64,000 nt of DNA from Pristiophorus japonicus (lineage: Eukaryota). The DNA lies in the NCBI RefSeq assembly GCF_044704955.1, contig NC_091979.1, forward strand, positions 162,502,001 to 162,566,000, in the 5' to 3' direction. Below, one piece after another: positions 25,482-37,462 of this stretch. The notes under the pieces are model-generated. The model searched no databases. It was not told where the DNA came from and saw only the letters and a program-made list of their open reading frames with translations. Made by a program: the position numbers and the translations under genes. Position 1 is the stretch's first letter. Each line of letters starts with the position of its first letter.

Positions 25482-26524
25482 AACTTTCGCTGTCTCCAGA
25501 CTAGATCCAAAACCAGCGTAACCTCTGTCGTCGAGCTACAATACGCGGATGACGCCTGTGTCTGCTAACACACTGAGGCTGAACTCCAGGACATACTCGA
25601 CATATTTACTGAAGCATACAAAAGCATGGGCCTTGCGCAAAACATCAGTAAGACAAAGGTCCTCCACCAGCCCGTCCTCACAGCCCAGCATTGCCCCCCA
25701 GTCATCAAGATTCACGGCGGAGCACTGGACACTTATCTCGGGCACCTCCTATCAACAAGAGCAGGCATTGATGACGAGATCCAACACCGCCTCCAATGCG
25801 ACAGTGCAGCCTTCGGTCGCCTGAAGAAAAGAAAGTTTGAAGACCAGGCCCTCAAAACTGTCACCAAGCTCATGGTCTATAGGGCTGTAGTAATACCGCC
25901 CTTCTGCATGGCTCAAAAACATGGACCATGTACAGTAGACACCTCAAGTCGCTGGAGAAATAGCACCAATGATGTCTCCGCAAGATCCTATAAATCCCCT
26001 GGGAGGACAGATGCACAAACGTTAGCGTCCTCGAAAAGGCCAACATCCACAACATTAACGCACTGACCACATGTGATCAGCATCGCTGGGCAGGCCACAT
26101 AGTTCGCATGACAGACACGAGACTCCCAAAGCAAGCGCTCTATTTGGAACTCCTTCACTGCAAACGAGCAAAAGGTGAGCAGTGAAAACGTTACAAGGAC
26201 ACCTTCAAAGCCTCCCTGATAAAGTGCAACATCCCCACTGACACCTGGGAATCCCTGGCCAATGACTTGCCCTAAGTAGAGGAAGTGCATCCGGAAGTGC
26301 GCTGAGCTCCTCGAGTCTCGTCACTGAGAGCATGCAGAAATCAAGCGCAGGCAGCGGAAAGAGCGTGCGGCAAACCAGTCCCACCCACCCCTTCCCTCAG
26401 CGACTATTTGTCCCATCTGTGACAGAGACTGTGGTTCTCATATTGGACTCTACAACAATCTAAGAACTCATGTTAAGAGTGGAAGCAAGTCTTCCTCGAT
26501 TCCGAGGGACTGCCTATGATGATG
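25482..26524 (+). mobile_element. RTE LINE fragment (spacer 3, small internal deletion)
   Basis: ORF 25626-26066 reads GALDTYLG against GALDNVNHFPYLG in other spacers. Confidence 0.9.
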
Positions 26525-28319
26525 ATAAATACCAGTTGTTGTTGTTGTGTAACTGCCTAGTTCTTCTTGCAAAAGGCCAAGGTAAAGACATACATAGCGA
26601 GAGCATCTCACATAGATTGTACACATCTGTTTGAGTTTAGTTTCCAGATTGTGCCAGTGCTCCCTCTCAAAATCCTTCATACAATGATATCATGGCAGGC
26701 ATCAAGCTGCTGATACTATTTCCTTCACGTGCAGCCAAATTGTGGGTGCAGTTTATTAACATTAATAACACACCATGTATTTCAAACCGAGTCTTGCATA
26801 TAAATGTACTGCATCCTTTTTTGTTTTAAGTGTCAGGACAATTAATAGGAATATTAGAATAGGTAAGAGAACAATAGGAAGTTAATGTGCTGAAAACGGC
26901 GATCGGGTTCGAACGTAGCTTTTAGCTGTGTTTATCCTGAGGTCAAAGGTTAAAGGCATGATAGGTATCTAGGTCCCCTTGGAAAAAGAGGTTGGGAAAG
27001 GACTAGGAAATAATACATTTTTGCCAAAACTTGTGTGATCGGACACCGTTCTCCCATCTCTAGCCTCTATGCTCTCTAATATTCTGGTACTGTCTTTCTC
27101 ATGTAACTGAGGTTGGCTGAATACTGTGGAGTGTTGCTTGATCATCATTCGGAAGTACGGAGTGTTTATGCAGAAATTTGCCTCAGAATAATCAAGAGTT
27201 TGGATTAGCTTGTACAGAGTCTGTGGAAGGAATGGGTTTGATCATCCACGTGGACTCTTCTCTTTTGGTGTTTTTCATGCTCTCAATGTTTGGCAAGAAG
27301 AGACACTGCTTTATTATTGTATTTATTTATGTTCTTGGGCTGCATATGAATTATGGCCCGAACGGTGACTAGTGGATGACTTTCTCCAGGTCTAACAGAG
27401 ATCCAAAATATCGCTGTAATTTCCCAAACATCACTCTACCTTTCCAAAGATCACTGTACTTTCCCATAGAACATTACATGTTCACAGAAAACACTGTATA
27501 TTTCCAGAGTTCACTGTATTTTCCCAGAGAACAATTTCTATTTCCCAGAGATGACTGTATTTATCTAGAGAATACTGGACATTCCCAGGAAACACTGTAT
27601 ATTCCCAGACATCACTGTATTTTCCCAGACAATACTGTACATTCCCAGAGAATAGTGCACATTCCCAGAAAACAGTGTATATACCCTGAGATCATTGCAT
27701 TCCCCACAGTTCACTGCATTTCCCCACAGTTCATTGTATTTTCCCAGAGAACACTGGCATGTCCTGTTAATTGAGGAACAGCCCAGTTTTGTTTTGTGCT
27801 CCCTTACAGCAGCACAACTTGGATTGGAACATGGCTGAGGATTGTAGCTATGATAATTTGGCACCAAACCTCTGCTGGATTAACGCATAAATCGTGAAGC
27901 TTATATGAATTGGAAAAAGTAGAAAAATCTTTAAAAATCAATATAAGACCCATTTATTATTGTTCCTTGTTCATGTCACTGACCTGAGGAAGGTCACATC
28001 AACACAGATTATGAGACTTTTATTAAAAATATGACTGAGGTTGCAATCCCAGAAGGATCCAGTTGCAGTGTCGAGATTGATTTGGTGAATAATGTAAATG
28101 TGCACGTTACCCAACTAAGCACAATAACAGAACCTCCTGTGCTTCAAAGATTAGGGGTGAAAACTCAACATGAGACTCGAACTTAGAGATTTTCATGAGA
28201 TTTCTATTGATTGCCACACAAAACAAAAATAAGTCAATTAAGATGTCGGTATAGTTGAGGAGATTTTATTATTTTCAAGAATATTCCAGTTAGAAAATAT
28301 CGTGTTTTACAAGAACAAT

Positions 28320-29498
28320 CTAGAAGTCCCTCATGCGTCTGAAAGATCCGACAGTTGAGTTGTAGCCGCCCCAGTCACTGAATCTCCTGTATTCACCGGG
28401 TCTCATGAAGTACTGGCGACCTCTGTAGTTGGGCTGTTCATAGAAGTTCCAGTAACCGTCCATCACATGGCAGGAGTGAATGTCACGGTAACGGAAACGA
28501 TCGTAGACAGATGGACAGTCATCCATGAATTCCATCATCTGTCCTCCAAAGTCAGGCCTCTCGTAAATTCTCATTCTGTAGTTTCCACCTCGATACTGTA
28601 ATGTAAATACAATCATCAGTTTGATGAAGCTACAAATCTTGAGTACTTAGAAAAACAGTCTCCTGCTGAGAAGGAAGCAGATGATGTTTGTGAACAGCAA
28701 TAGACAGTTCAGTAACATGTATTGGATGAGCTGATCATCTGCTAACTGACATCACCATGTGGTTCTTGTGTAAATTGTCACAGAATGCCAGAGAAATGTA
28801 CCAGAAATTCAGGACTGATTCTTGTAATAAAGAGCTCTCTGGTTGGGAACGTTTTTACAAAAGGCTCCGTATGATGATGTTATTAACGAGGGACATTTTT
28901 AAACTTCTATTGATCCAGTTGACTATATTCATGGCTTATTACTAGAGGGCTGCTCCTTTGTAATTTGACAGTGACATTTTATAACAGCAAATTGGGACTG
29001 ATTCTCCTTGACCCATAGAGAGAGGAGATTGCTTCATGTCAGTAAAAGTGTGATTGAAGTGTTGTTTGAACTGAGGTTTCAGTAAGAGTGATGCTTGAGG
29101 CAGGTTTTTCTTTGTTTAATTTGTTAAACATCAAATGATAACTTACGTGTGGGTAGGTACGACATGACCTGATGTTGTCATTGAATCCCATCCAGCGTTG
29201 GTAGTCAGGATATTCTCCCCTGCTCAGAACATACTGGTATCCCATGTAATTGGGTCTCTCATACACCACCCACCAGTCACTCTCCACACGGATGGAGTTA
29301 CAGCGGCTGAAGTAAGGGGACAGGTCAGCACAGTCAGTATTGCACTCGTAGTGCCGACCCTGGAAGTTCCTGTCCTCGTAAAAGATGATCTGTGGAAAGA
29401 TAGAGGTTTGTAAGTTAATCATTTCTCATAACTAGGAGATACTGAATCAAGAATTCTAATACAATGTGTAATATCTGAGATGTCCTTGCCTTTCCCAT
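28320..29498 (-). CDS. cryg: Gamma-crystallin copy 4; exons 29490-29498, 29147-29389, 28320-28595
   Basis: Intact exons and splice sites. Confidence 0.97.
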
Positions 29499-29804
29499 TT
29501 TGAGCTCACAGTTAGCTTCGTAACTGACTGAATGTTTCACTGCTTCACACAGCTTGGTATTTATACACTGGGCAGAAAGGCCTCTCTGGGCTGTACTTTT
29601 GTTATTCTAATGATTCAGAAATGAAAATCAGCAAAAATCGACAAAACGTTCCATTTATTGTAGAAAAACACCTGAAAGACTCCTGCTACGTAATCGATTC
29701 TTTCCCTTTTGTCTTCATGTCAAGTTAATTATTGTTTGAACATAACAGTTCTGGAACAGTCATGGCTTGAAATGACTCAGCTCTGCTTCAATAGTTTGGT
29801 GTTT

Positions 29805-31146
29805 GCCTCCACCCCCCTCATCTCCAACAACATGTGCGAGCGGCTAAAATTGAAGAGATAGGTTCAGTTTTGTCTGCCGCTTCCCTCCCTCCCCCAGCCC
29901 ACTGTCCAAAATTTGATTGCAGTTCCCCTGCCCTAGCCCTGAACTCACATTTTCTCTAGTTTCTCTCCTGTCTCCCCTCATGCCCGTTCTATGCTCATCT
30001 TTCCCATGTGACCCACTTACAGCTCCCTTGACCCAATACCAACAAACTGTTGACCACCCAACTTCCCTTCCTGGCTTTATGTCGGCTGATATTGTTAACG
30101 ATTCTCTCTCCTCAAGTACTGCCTGCTCCCATTCAAATCTGCTATCATCATCCCCCTCTTCAAACAACCATCCCTGACCCCTCTGCTAATGCAAACTACA
30201 ACCCCACCTCTAACCTCCCTTTCCTCTCCAAAGTCTTTGAATGTGCTGTCGCTTCCCAAATCCGTGACCAAATTTCCTGGAAGTCCATGTTTGAATCCCT
30301 CTAATCAGGTTTTCACCCTGGCACAGGACTGAAACGGCCCTTATCAAAGTCACAAATGACATTCTATGTAACTCTGACCATGGTAATCTGTCCCTTCTCA
30401 TCCTCCTCACCCTGTCTGCAGCCTTTGACACGGTTGACCACACCATCCTCCTGAAATGCCTCTCCTCCATCATCCAGCTGGGTGGGGCTTCATTCACCTG
30501 CTTCCATTCGTATCTATCCAGTCATAGCCAGAGAATTACATTCAATGGTTTCTCTTCCTGCCCCACACCATTACCTGTGGTTACCCGCAATGATCTATCC
30601 TTGGCCTCCCTCTATTTCTCATCTACGTTGTACCCCTCAACGACATCTTGCGAAACATCAGATTCCACATGTATTCTGATGATACCCAATTCTACCTCAC
30701 CACCACCACTCTTGACCCATCCACTATCTCTAATTTGTCACATTGCTTGTCCAACATCCAGTACTGGATGAGCAGAAATTTCCTTCAACTAACTATTGTG
30801 AAGACGAAAGCCAACGTCTTCAGTCCCCGCCACACTCCATTCCCTCACCACCGACTCCGTCCCTCGACCGTGCAACCGTCTGAGGGGGAACTGTCTGTTG
30901 TCAACATTGGCCGCCATGCCTTCAGTTGTCCAGGCCCGAATGTCTGGAAGTCCCTCCCTAAATCTTTCCACCTCTCTACCTCACTTTCCTTCTTTAAGAC
31001 ACTCCTTAAAATCTACCACTTTGACCAAACTTTTGGTGATGTGACCTAATATTTCCTTATGTGTCTTGATGTCAAATTTTGTTTGAAACTGCTCTAATGA
31101 AGCAACTTGGTACCTTTTACTATGTTAATTGAACTCTGTAAATATC
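29805..31146 (+). mobile_element. L2 LINE fragment (spacer 4)
   Basis: Paralogous to 12787-14129. Confidence 0.85.
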
Positions 31147-32205
31147 AACTTTCGCTGTCTCCAGACTAGATCCAAAACCAGCGTAACCTCTGTCGTCGAG
31201 CTACAATACGCGGATGACGCCTGTGTCTGCTAACACACTGAGGCTGAACTCCAGGACATACTCGACATATTTACTGAAGCGTACAAAAGCATGGGCCTTG
31301 CGCAAAACATCAGTAAGACAAAGGTCCTCCACCAGCCCGTCCTCACAGCCCAGCATTGCCCCCCCAGTCATCAAGATTCACGGCGGAGCACTGGACAACG
31401 TGAACCACTTCCCTTATCTCGGGCACCTCCTATCAACAAGAGCAGGCATTGATGACAAGATCCAACACCGCCTCCAATGCGACAGTGCAGCCTTCGGTCG
31501 CCTGAAGAAAAGAAAGTTTGAAGACCAGGCCCTCAAAACTGTCACCAAGCTCATGGTCTATGGGGCTGTAGTAATACCTCCCTTCTGCATGGCTCAAAAA
31601 CATGGACCATGTACAGTAGACACCTCAAGTCGCTGGAGAAATAGCACCAATGATGTCTCCGCAAGATCCTATAAATCCCCTGGAAGGACAGATGCACAAA
31701 CGTTAGCGTCCTCGAACAGACCAACATCCACAACATTAACGCACTGACCACATGTGATCAGCATCGCTGGGCAGGCCACATAGTTCGCATGACAGACACG
31801 AGACTCCCAAAGCAAGCGCTCTATTTGGAACTCCTTCACTGCAAACGAGCAAAAGGTGAGCAGTGAAAACGTTACAAGGACACCCTCAAAGCCTCCCTGA
31901 TAAAGTGCAACATCCCCACTGACACCTGGGAATCCCTGGCCAATGACTTGCCCTAAATAGAGGAAGTGCATCCGGAAGTGCGCTGAGCTCCTCGAGTCTC
32001 GTCAATGAAAGCATGCAGAAATCAAGCGCAGGCAGCGGAAAGAGCGTGCGGCAAACCAGTCCCACCCACCCCTTCCCTCAGCGACTATTTGTCCCACCTG
32101 TGACAGAGACTGTGGTTCTCATATTGGACTCTACAACAATCTAAGAACTCATGTTAAGAGTGGAAGCAAGTCTTCCTCGATTCCGAGGGACTGCCTATGA
32201 TGATG
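31147..32205 (+). mobile_element. RTE LINE fragment (spacer 4)
   Basis: Paralogous to 14130-15186. Confidence 0.9.
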
Positions 32206-33998
32206 ATAAATACCAGTTGTTGTTGTTGTGTAACTGCCTAGTTCTTCTTGCAAAAGGCCAAGGTAAAGACATACATAGCGAGAGCATCTCGCATAGATTG
32301 TACACATCTGTTTGAGTATAGTTTCCAGATTGTGCCAGTGCTCCATCTCAAAATCCTTCATACAATGATATCATGGCAGGCATCAAGCTGCTGATACTAT
32401 TTCCTTCACGTGCAGCCAAATTGTGGGTGCAGTTTATTAACATTAATAACACACCATGTATTTCAAACCGAGTCTTGCATATAAATGTACTGCACCCTTT
32501 TTTGTTTTAAGTGTCAGGACAATTAATAGGAATATTAGAATAGGTAAGAGAACAATAGAAAGTTAATGTGCTGAAAACGGCGATAGTGTTCGAACGTAGC
32601 TTTTAGCTGTGTTTATCCTGAGGTCAAAGGTTAAAGGCATGATAGGTATCTTTGTCCCCTTGGAAAAAGTGGTTGGTAAAGGACTAGGAAATAATACATT
32701 TTTGCCAAAACTTATGTGATCGGACACCGTTCTCCCATCTCTAGCCTCTATGCTCTCTAATATTCTGGTACTGTCTTTCTCATGTAACTGAGGTTGGCTG
32801 AATACTGTGGAGTGTTGCTTGATCATCATTCGGAAGTACGGAGTGTTTATGCAGAAATTTGCCTCAGAATAATCAAGAGTTTGGATTAGCTTGTACAGAG
32901 TCTGTGGAAGGAATGGGTTTGATCATCCACGTGGACTCTTCTCTTTTCGTGTTTTTCATGCTCTCAATGTTTGGCAAGAAGAGACACTGCTTTATTATTG
33001 TATTTATTTATGTTCTTGGGCTGCATATGAATTATGGCCCGAACGGTGACTAGTGGATGACTTTCTCCAGGTCTAACAGAGATCCAAAATATCGCTGTAA
33101 TTTCCCAAACATCACTCTACCTTTCCAAAGATCACGTACTTTCCCATAGAACATTTCATGTTCACAGAAAACACTGTATATTCCCAGAGTTCACTGTATT
33201 TTCCCAGAGAACAATTTCTATTTGGCAGAGATGACTGTATTTATCTAGAGAATACTGGACATTCCCAGGAAACACTGCATATTCCCAGACATCACTGTAT
33301 TTTCCCAAACAATACTGTACATTCCCAGAGAATAGTGCACATTCCCAGAAAACAGTGTATATACCCTGAGATCATTGCATTCCCCACAGTTCACTGCATT
33401 TCCCCACATTTCACTGTATTTTCCCAGAGAACACTGGCATGTCCTGTTAATTGAGGAACAGCTCAGTTTTGTTTTGTGCTCCCTTACAGCAGCACAACTT
33501 GGATTGGGAATAAGGCTGAGGATTGTAGCTATGATAATTTGGCACCAAACCTCTGCTGGATTAACGCATAAATCGTGAAGCTTATATGAATTGGAAAAAG
33601 TAGAAAAATCTTAAATAATCGATAAGACCCATTTATTATTGTTCCTTGTTCATGTCACTGACCTGAGGAAGGTCACATCAACACAGATTATGAGACTTTT
33701 ATTAAAAATATGACTGAGGTTGCAATTCCAGAAGGATCCAGTTGCAGTGTCGAGATTGATTTGGTGAATAATGTAAATGTGCACGTTACCCAACTAAGCA
33801 CAATAACAGAACCTCCTGTGCTTCATAGATTAGGGGTGAAAACTCAACATGAGACTTTAACTTAGAGATTTTCATGAGATTTCTTTTGATTGCCACACAA
33901 AACAAAAATAAGTCAATAAAGATGTCGGTAAAGTTGAGGAGATTTTATTATTTTCAAGAATATTCCAGTTAGAAAATATCGTGTTTTTCAAGAATAAT

Positions 33999-35178
33999 CT
34001 AGAAGTCCCTCATTCGCCTGAAAGATCCGACAGTTGAGTTGTAGCCGCCCCAGTCACTGAATCTCCTGTATTCACCGGGTCTCATGAAGTACTGTCGGCC
34101 TCTGTAGTTGGGCTGTTCATAGAAGTTCCAGTAACCGTCCATCACATGGCAGGAGTGAATGTCACGGTAACGGAAACGATCGTAGACAGATGGACAGTCA
34201 TCCATGAATTCCATCATCTGTCCTCCAAAGTCAGGCCTCTCGTAAATTCTCATTCTGTAGTTTCCACCTCGATACTGTAATGTAAATACAATCATCAGTT
34301 TGATGAAGCTATAAATCTTGAGTACTTAGAAAAACAGCCTCCTGCTGAGAAGGAAGCAGATGATGTTTGTGAACAGCAATAGACAGTTCAGTAACATGTA
34401 TTGGATGAGCTGATCATCTGCTAACTGACATCACCATGTGGCTCTTGTGTAAATTGTTACAGAATGCCAGAGAAATGTACCAGAAAATTCAGGACTGATT
34501 CTTGTAATAAAGAGCTCTCTGGTTGGGAACGTTTTTACAAAAGGCTCCATATGATGATGTTATTAACGAGGGACATTTTTAAACTTCTATTGATCCAGTT
34601 GACTATATTCGTTGCTTATTACTAGAGGGCTGCTCCTTTATAATTTGACAGTGATATTTTATAACAGCAAATTAGGACTGATTCTCCTTGACCCATAGAG
34701 AGAGGAGATTGCTTCATGTCAGTAAAAGTGTGATTGAAATGTTGTTTGAACTGAGGTTTCAGTAAGAGTGATGCTTGAGGCAGGTTTTTCTTTGTTTAAT
34801 TTGTTAACAATCAAATGATAACTTACGTGTGGGTAGGTACGACATGACCTGATGTTGTCATTGAATCCCATCCAGCGTTGGTAGTCAGGATATTCTCCCC
34901 TGCTCAGAACATACTGGTATCCCATGTAATTGGGTCTCTCATACCCCACCCACCAGTCACTCTCCACACGGATGGAGTTACAGCGGCTGAAGTAAGGGGA
35001 CAGGTCAGCACAGTCAGTATTGCACTCGTAGTGCCGACCCTGGAAGTTCCTGTCCTCGTAAAAGATGATCTGTGGAAAGATAGAGGTTTGTAAATTAATC
35101 ATTTCTCAAAACTAGGAGATACTGAATGAAGAATTCTAATACAATGTGTAATATCTGAGATGTCCTTGCCTTTCCCAT
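33999..35178 (-). CDS. cryg: Gamma-crystallin copy 5; exons 35170-35178, 34827-35069, 33999-34274
   Basis: Intact exons and splice sites. Confidence 0.97.
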
Positions 35179-35484
35179 TTTGAGCTCACAGTTAGCTTCG
35201 TAACTGACTGAATGTTTCACTGCTTCACACAGCTTGGTATTTATACACTGGGCAGAAAGGCCTCTCTGGGCTGTACTTTTGTTATTCTAATGATTCAGGA
35301 ATGAAAATCAGCAAAAATCGACAAAACGTTCCATTTATTGTAGAAAAACACCTGAAAGACTCCTGCTACATAATTGATTCTTTCCTTTTTGTCTTCATGT
35401 CAAGTTAATTATTGTTTGAACATAACAGTTCTGGAACAGTCATGGCTTGAAATGACTCAGCTCTGCTTCAATAGTTTGGTGTTT

Positions 35485-36036
35485 GCCTCCACCCCCCTCA
35501 TCTCCAACAACATGTGCGAGCGGCTAAAATTGAAGAGATAGGTTCAGTTTTGTCTGCCGCTTCCCTCCCTCCCCCAGCCCAGTGTCCAAAATTTGATTGC
35601 AGTTCCCCTGCCCTAGCCCTGAACTCACATTTTCTCTAGTTTCTCTCCTGTCTCCCCTCATGCCCGTTCCACGCTCATCTTTCCCATGTGACCCACTTAC
35701 AGCTCCCTTGACCCAATACCAACAAACTGCTGACCACCCAAATTCCCTTCCTGGCTTTATGTCGGCTGATATTGTTGACGATTCTCTCTCCTCAAGTACT
35801 GCCTGCTCCCATTCAAATCTGCTATCATCATCCCCCTCTTCAAACAACCATCCCTGACCCCTTTGCTAATGCAAACTACCACCCCACCTCTAACCTCCCT
35901 TTCCTCTCCAAAGTCTTTGAATGTGCTGTCGCTTCCCAAATCCGTGACCAAATTTCCTGGAAGTCCATGTTTGAATCCCTCTAATCAGGTTTTCACCCTG
36001 GCACAGGACTGAAACGGCCCTTATCAAAGTCACAAA
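35485..36036 (+). mobile_element. L2 fragment (spacer 5, left part; continues at 40547-41257 after the CR1)
   Basis: Breaks at ...AAAGTCACAAA and resumes at TAACTCTGACC (40547). Confidence 0.85.
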
Positions 36037-36040
36037 GTCA

Positions 36041-36330
36041 GCAGTTGGTGAGAGGGGAGCGACCTATAAGAGGCCCAGCGGGAGATCGAGAGCCAGCGGC
36101 AGTTGGTGAGAGGGGAGCGACCTATAAAAAGCCCAGCGGGAGATCGAGAGCCAGCGGCAGTTGGTGAGAGGGGAGCGGCCTATAAAAGGCCCAGCGGGAG
36201 ATCGAGAGCCAGCAGCAGTTGGTGAGAGGGGAGCGACCTATAAAAAGCCCAGCGGGAGATCGAGAGCCAGCGGCAGTTGGTGAGAGGGGAGCGACCTATA
36301 AAAAGCCCAGCGGGAGATCAAGAGCCAGCG
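36041..36330 (+). repeat. Five 58-bp tandem monomers in the CR1 5' UTR
   Basis: GCAGTTGGTGAGAGGGGAGCGACCTATAAAAAGCCCAGCGGGAGATCGAGAGCCAGCG starting at 36041, 36099, 36157, 36215, 36273. Confidence 0.95.
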
Positions 36331-36514
36331 TACTGGTGCAGCTACAGCGCGAGAGAAAGCAAAATAGAAGTAGAAAGTAATCAAAAAGTGACGTTACAGC
36401 CAATGGGGTAAGTGATTGGCTGGTGATTGGTGAGTAGCTTTTCTTTTATTTTTTATATCAGTAAGTGAACTGTAACATTGTTATTACCAATTTAAGGGTA
36501 TCTAAGGTTAAGAC

Positions 36515-37460
36515 ATGGCAGGAGAGCTCGGTCACGTGATATGCTCCTCCTGTACCATGTGGGAACTCGGGGACACTTCCGGTGTCCCTGGGCGCTACGT
36601 GTGTGGGAAGTGTATCCGCCTCGAGCTCTTGACGGTCCGCGTTGCGGAATTGGAGCTGAGGGTGGATTCACTCTGGAGCATCCACGATGCTGAGAATGAC
36701 GTGAGTATCACGTGTAGTGAGTTGGTCTTACCGCAGGAGAAGGGTCCACAGCCAGATAGGGAATGGAAGATCAGCAGGAAGAGCAGTGCAAGAAAGATAG
36801 TGCAGGGGTCCCCTGTGGTCATCCCCCTGCAAAACAGATACACTGCTTTGAGTACTGTTGGGGAGGATGACTCATCGGGAGGGCAGCAGCAGCCAAGTTC
36901 ATGGCACCGTAGATGGCTCTGCTGCAAAGGAGGGCAGGAAAAAGATTGGGAGCGCGATAGTGATAGGGGATTCGATGGTGAGGGGAATAGATAGGCGTTT
37001 CTGCGGACGCAACCGAGACTCCAGGATGGTATGTTGCCTCCCTGGTGCAAGGGTCAAGGATGTCTCGGAGCGGGTGCAGGACATTCTGAAATGGGAGGGA
37101 GAACAGCCAGTTGTCGTGGTGCACATTGGTACCAACGACATAGGTAAAAAAAGGGATGAGGTCCTATGAAAAGTATTTAAGGAGCTAGGAGCTAAATTAA
37201 AAAGTAGGACCTCAAAAGTAGTAATCTCGGGATTGCTACCAGTGCCACGTGCTAGTCAGAGTAGGAATCGCAGGATAGCGCAGATGAATACATGGCTTGA
37301 GCAGTGGTGCAGCAGGGAGGGATTCAAATTCTTGGGGCATTGGAACCGGTTCTGGGGGAGGTGGGACCAGTACAAACCAGACGGTCTGCACCTGGGCAGG
37401 ACCGGAACCAATGTCCGAGGGGGAATGTTTGCTAGTGCTGTTGGGGAGGAGTTAAACTAA
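36515..37460 (+). pseudogene. CR1 ORF1 (C4 zinc finger, coiled coil, SGNH/GDSL esterase)
   Basis: CSSC...CGKC; IGDSMVRG, PGARV, HIGTND, DGLHL; frameshift near 36880 and stop at 37167-37169. Confidence 0.92.
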
Positions 37461-37462
37461 TA

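Noticed and set aside
36041-36330. Possible CRISPR-like array
   Set aside because: Units are contiguous with no unique spacers; eukaryotic LINE 5' UTR with no cas genes
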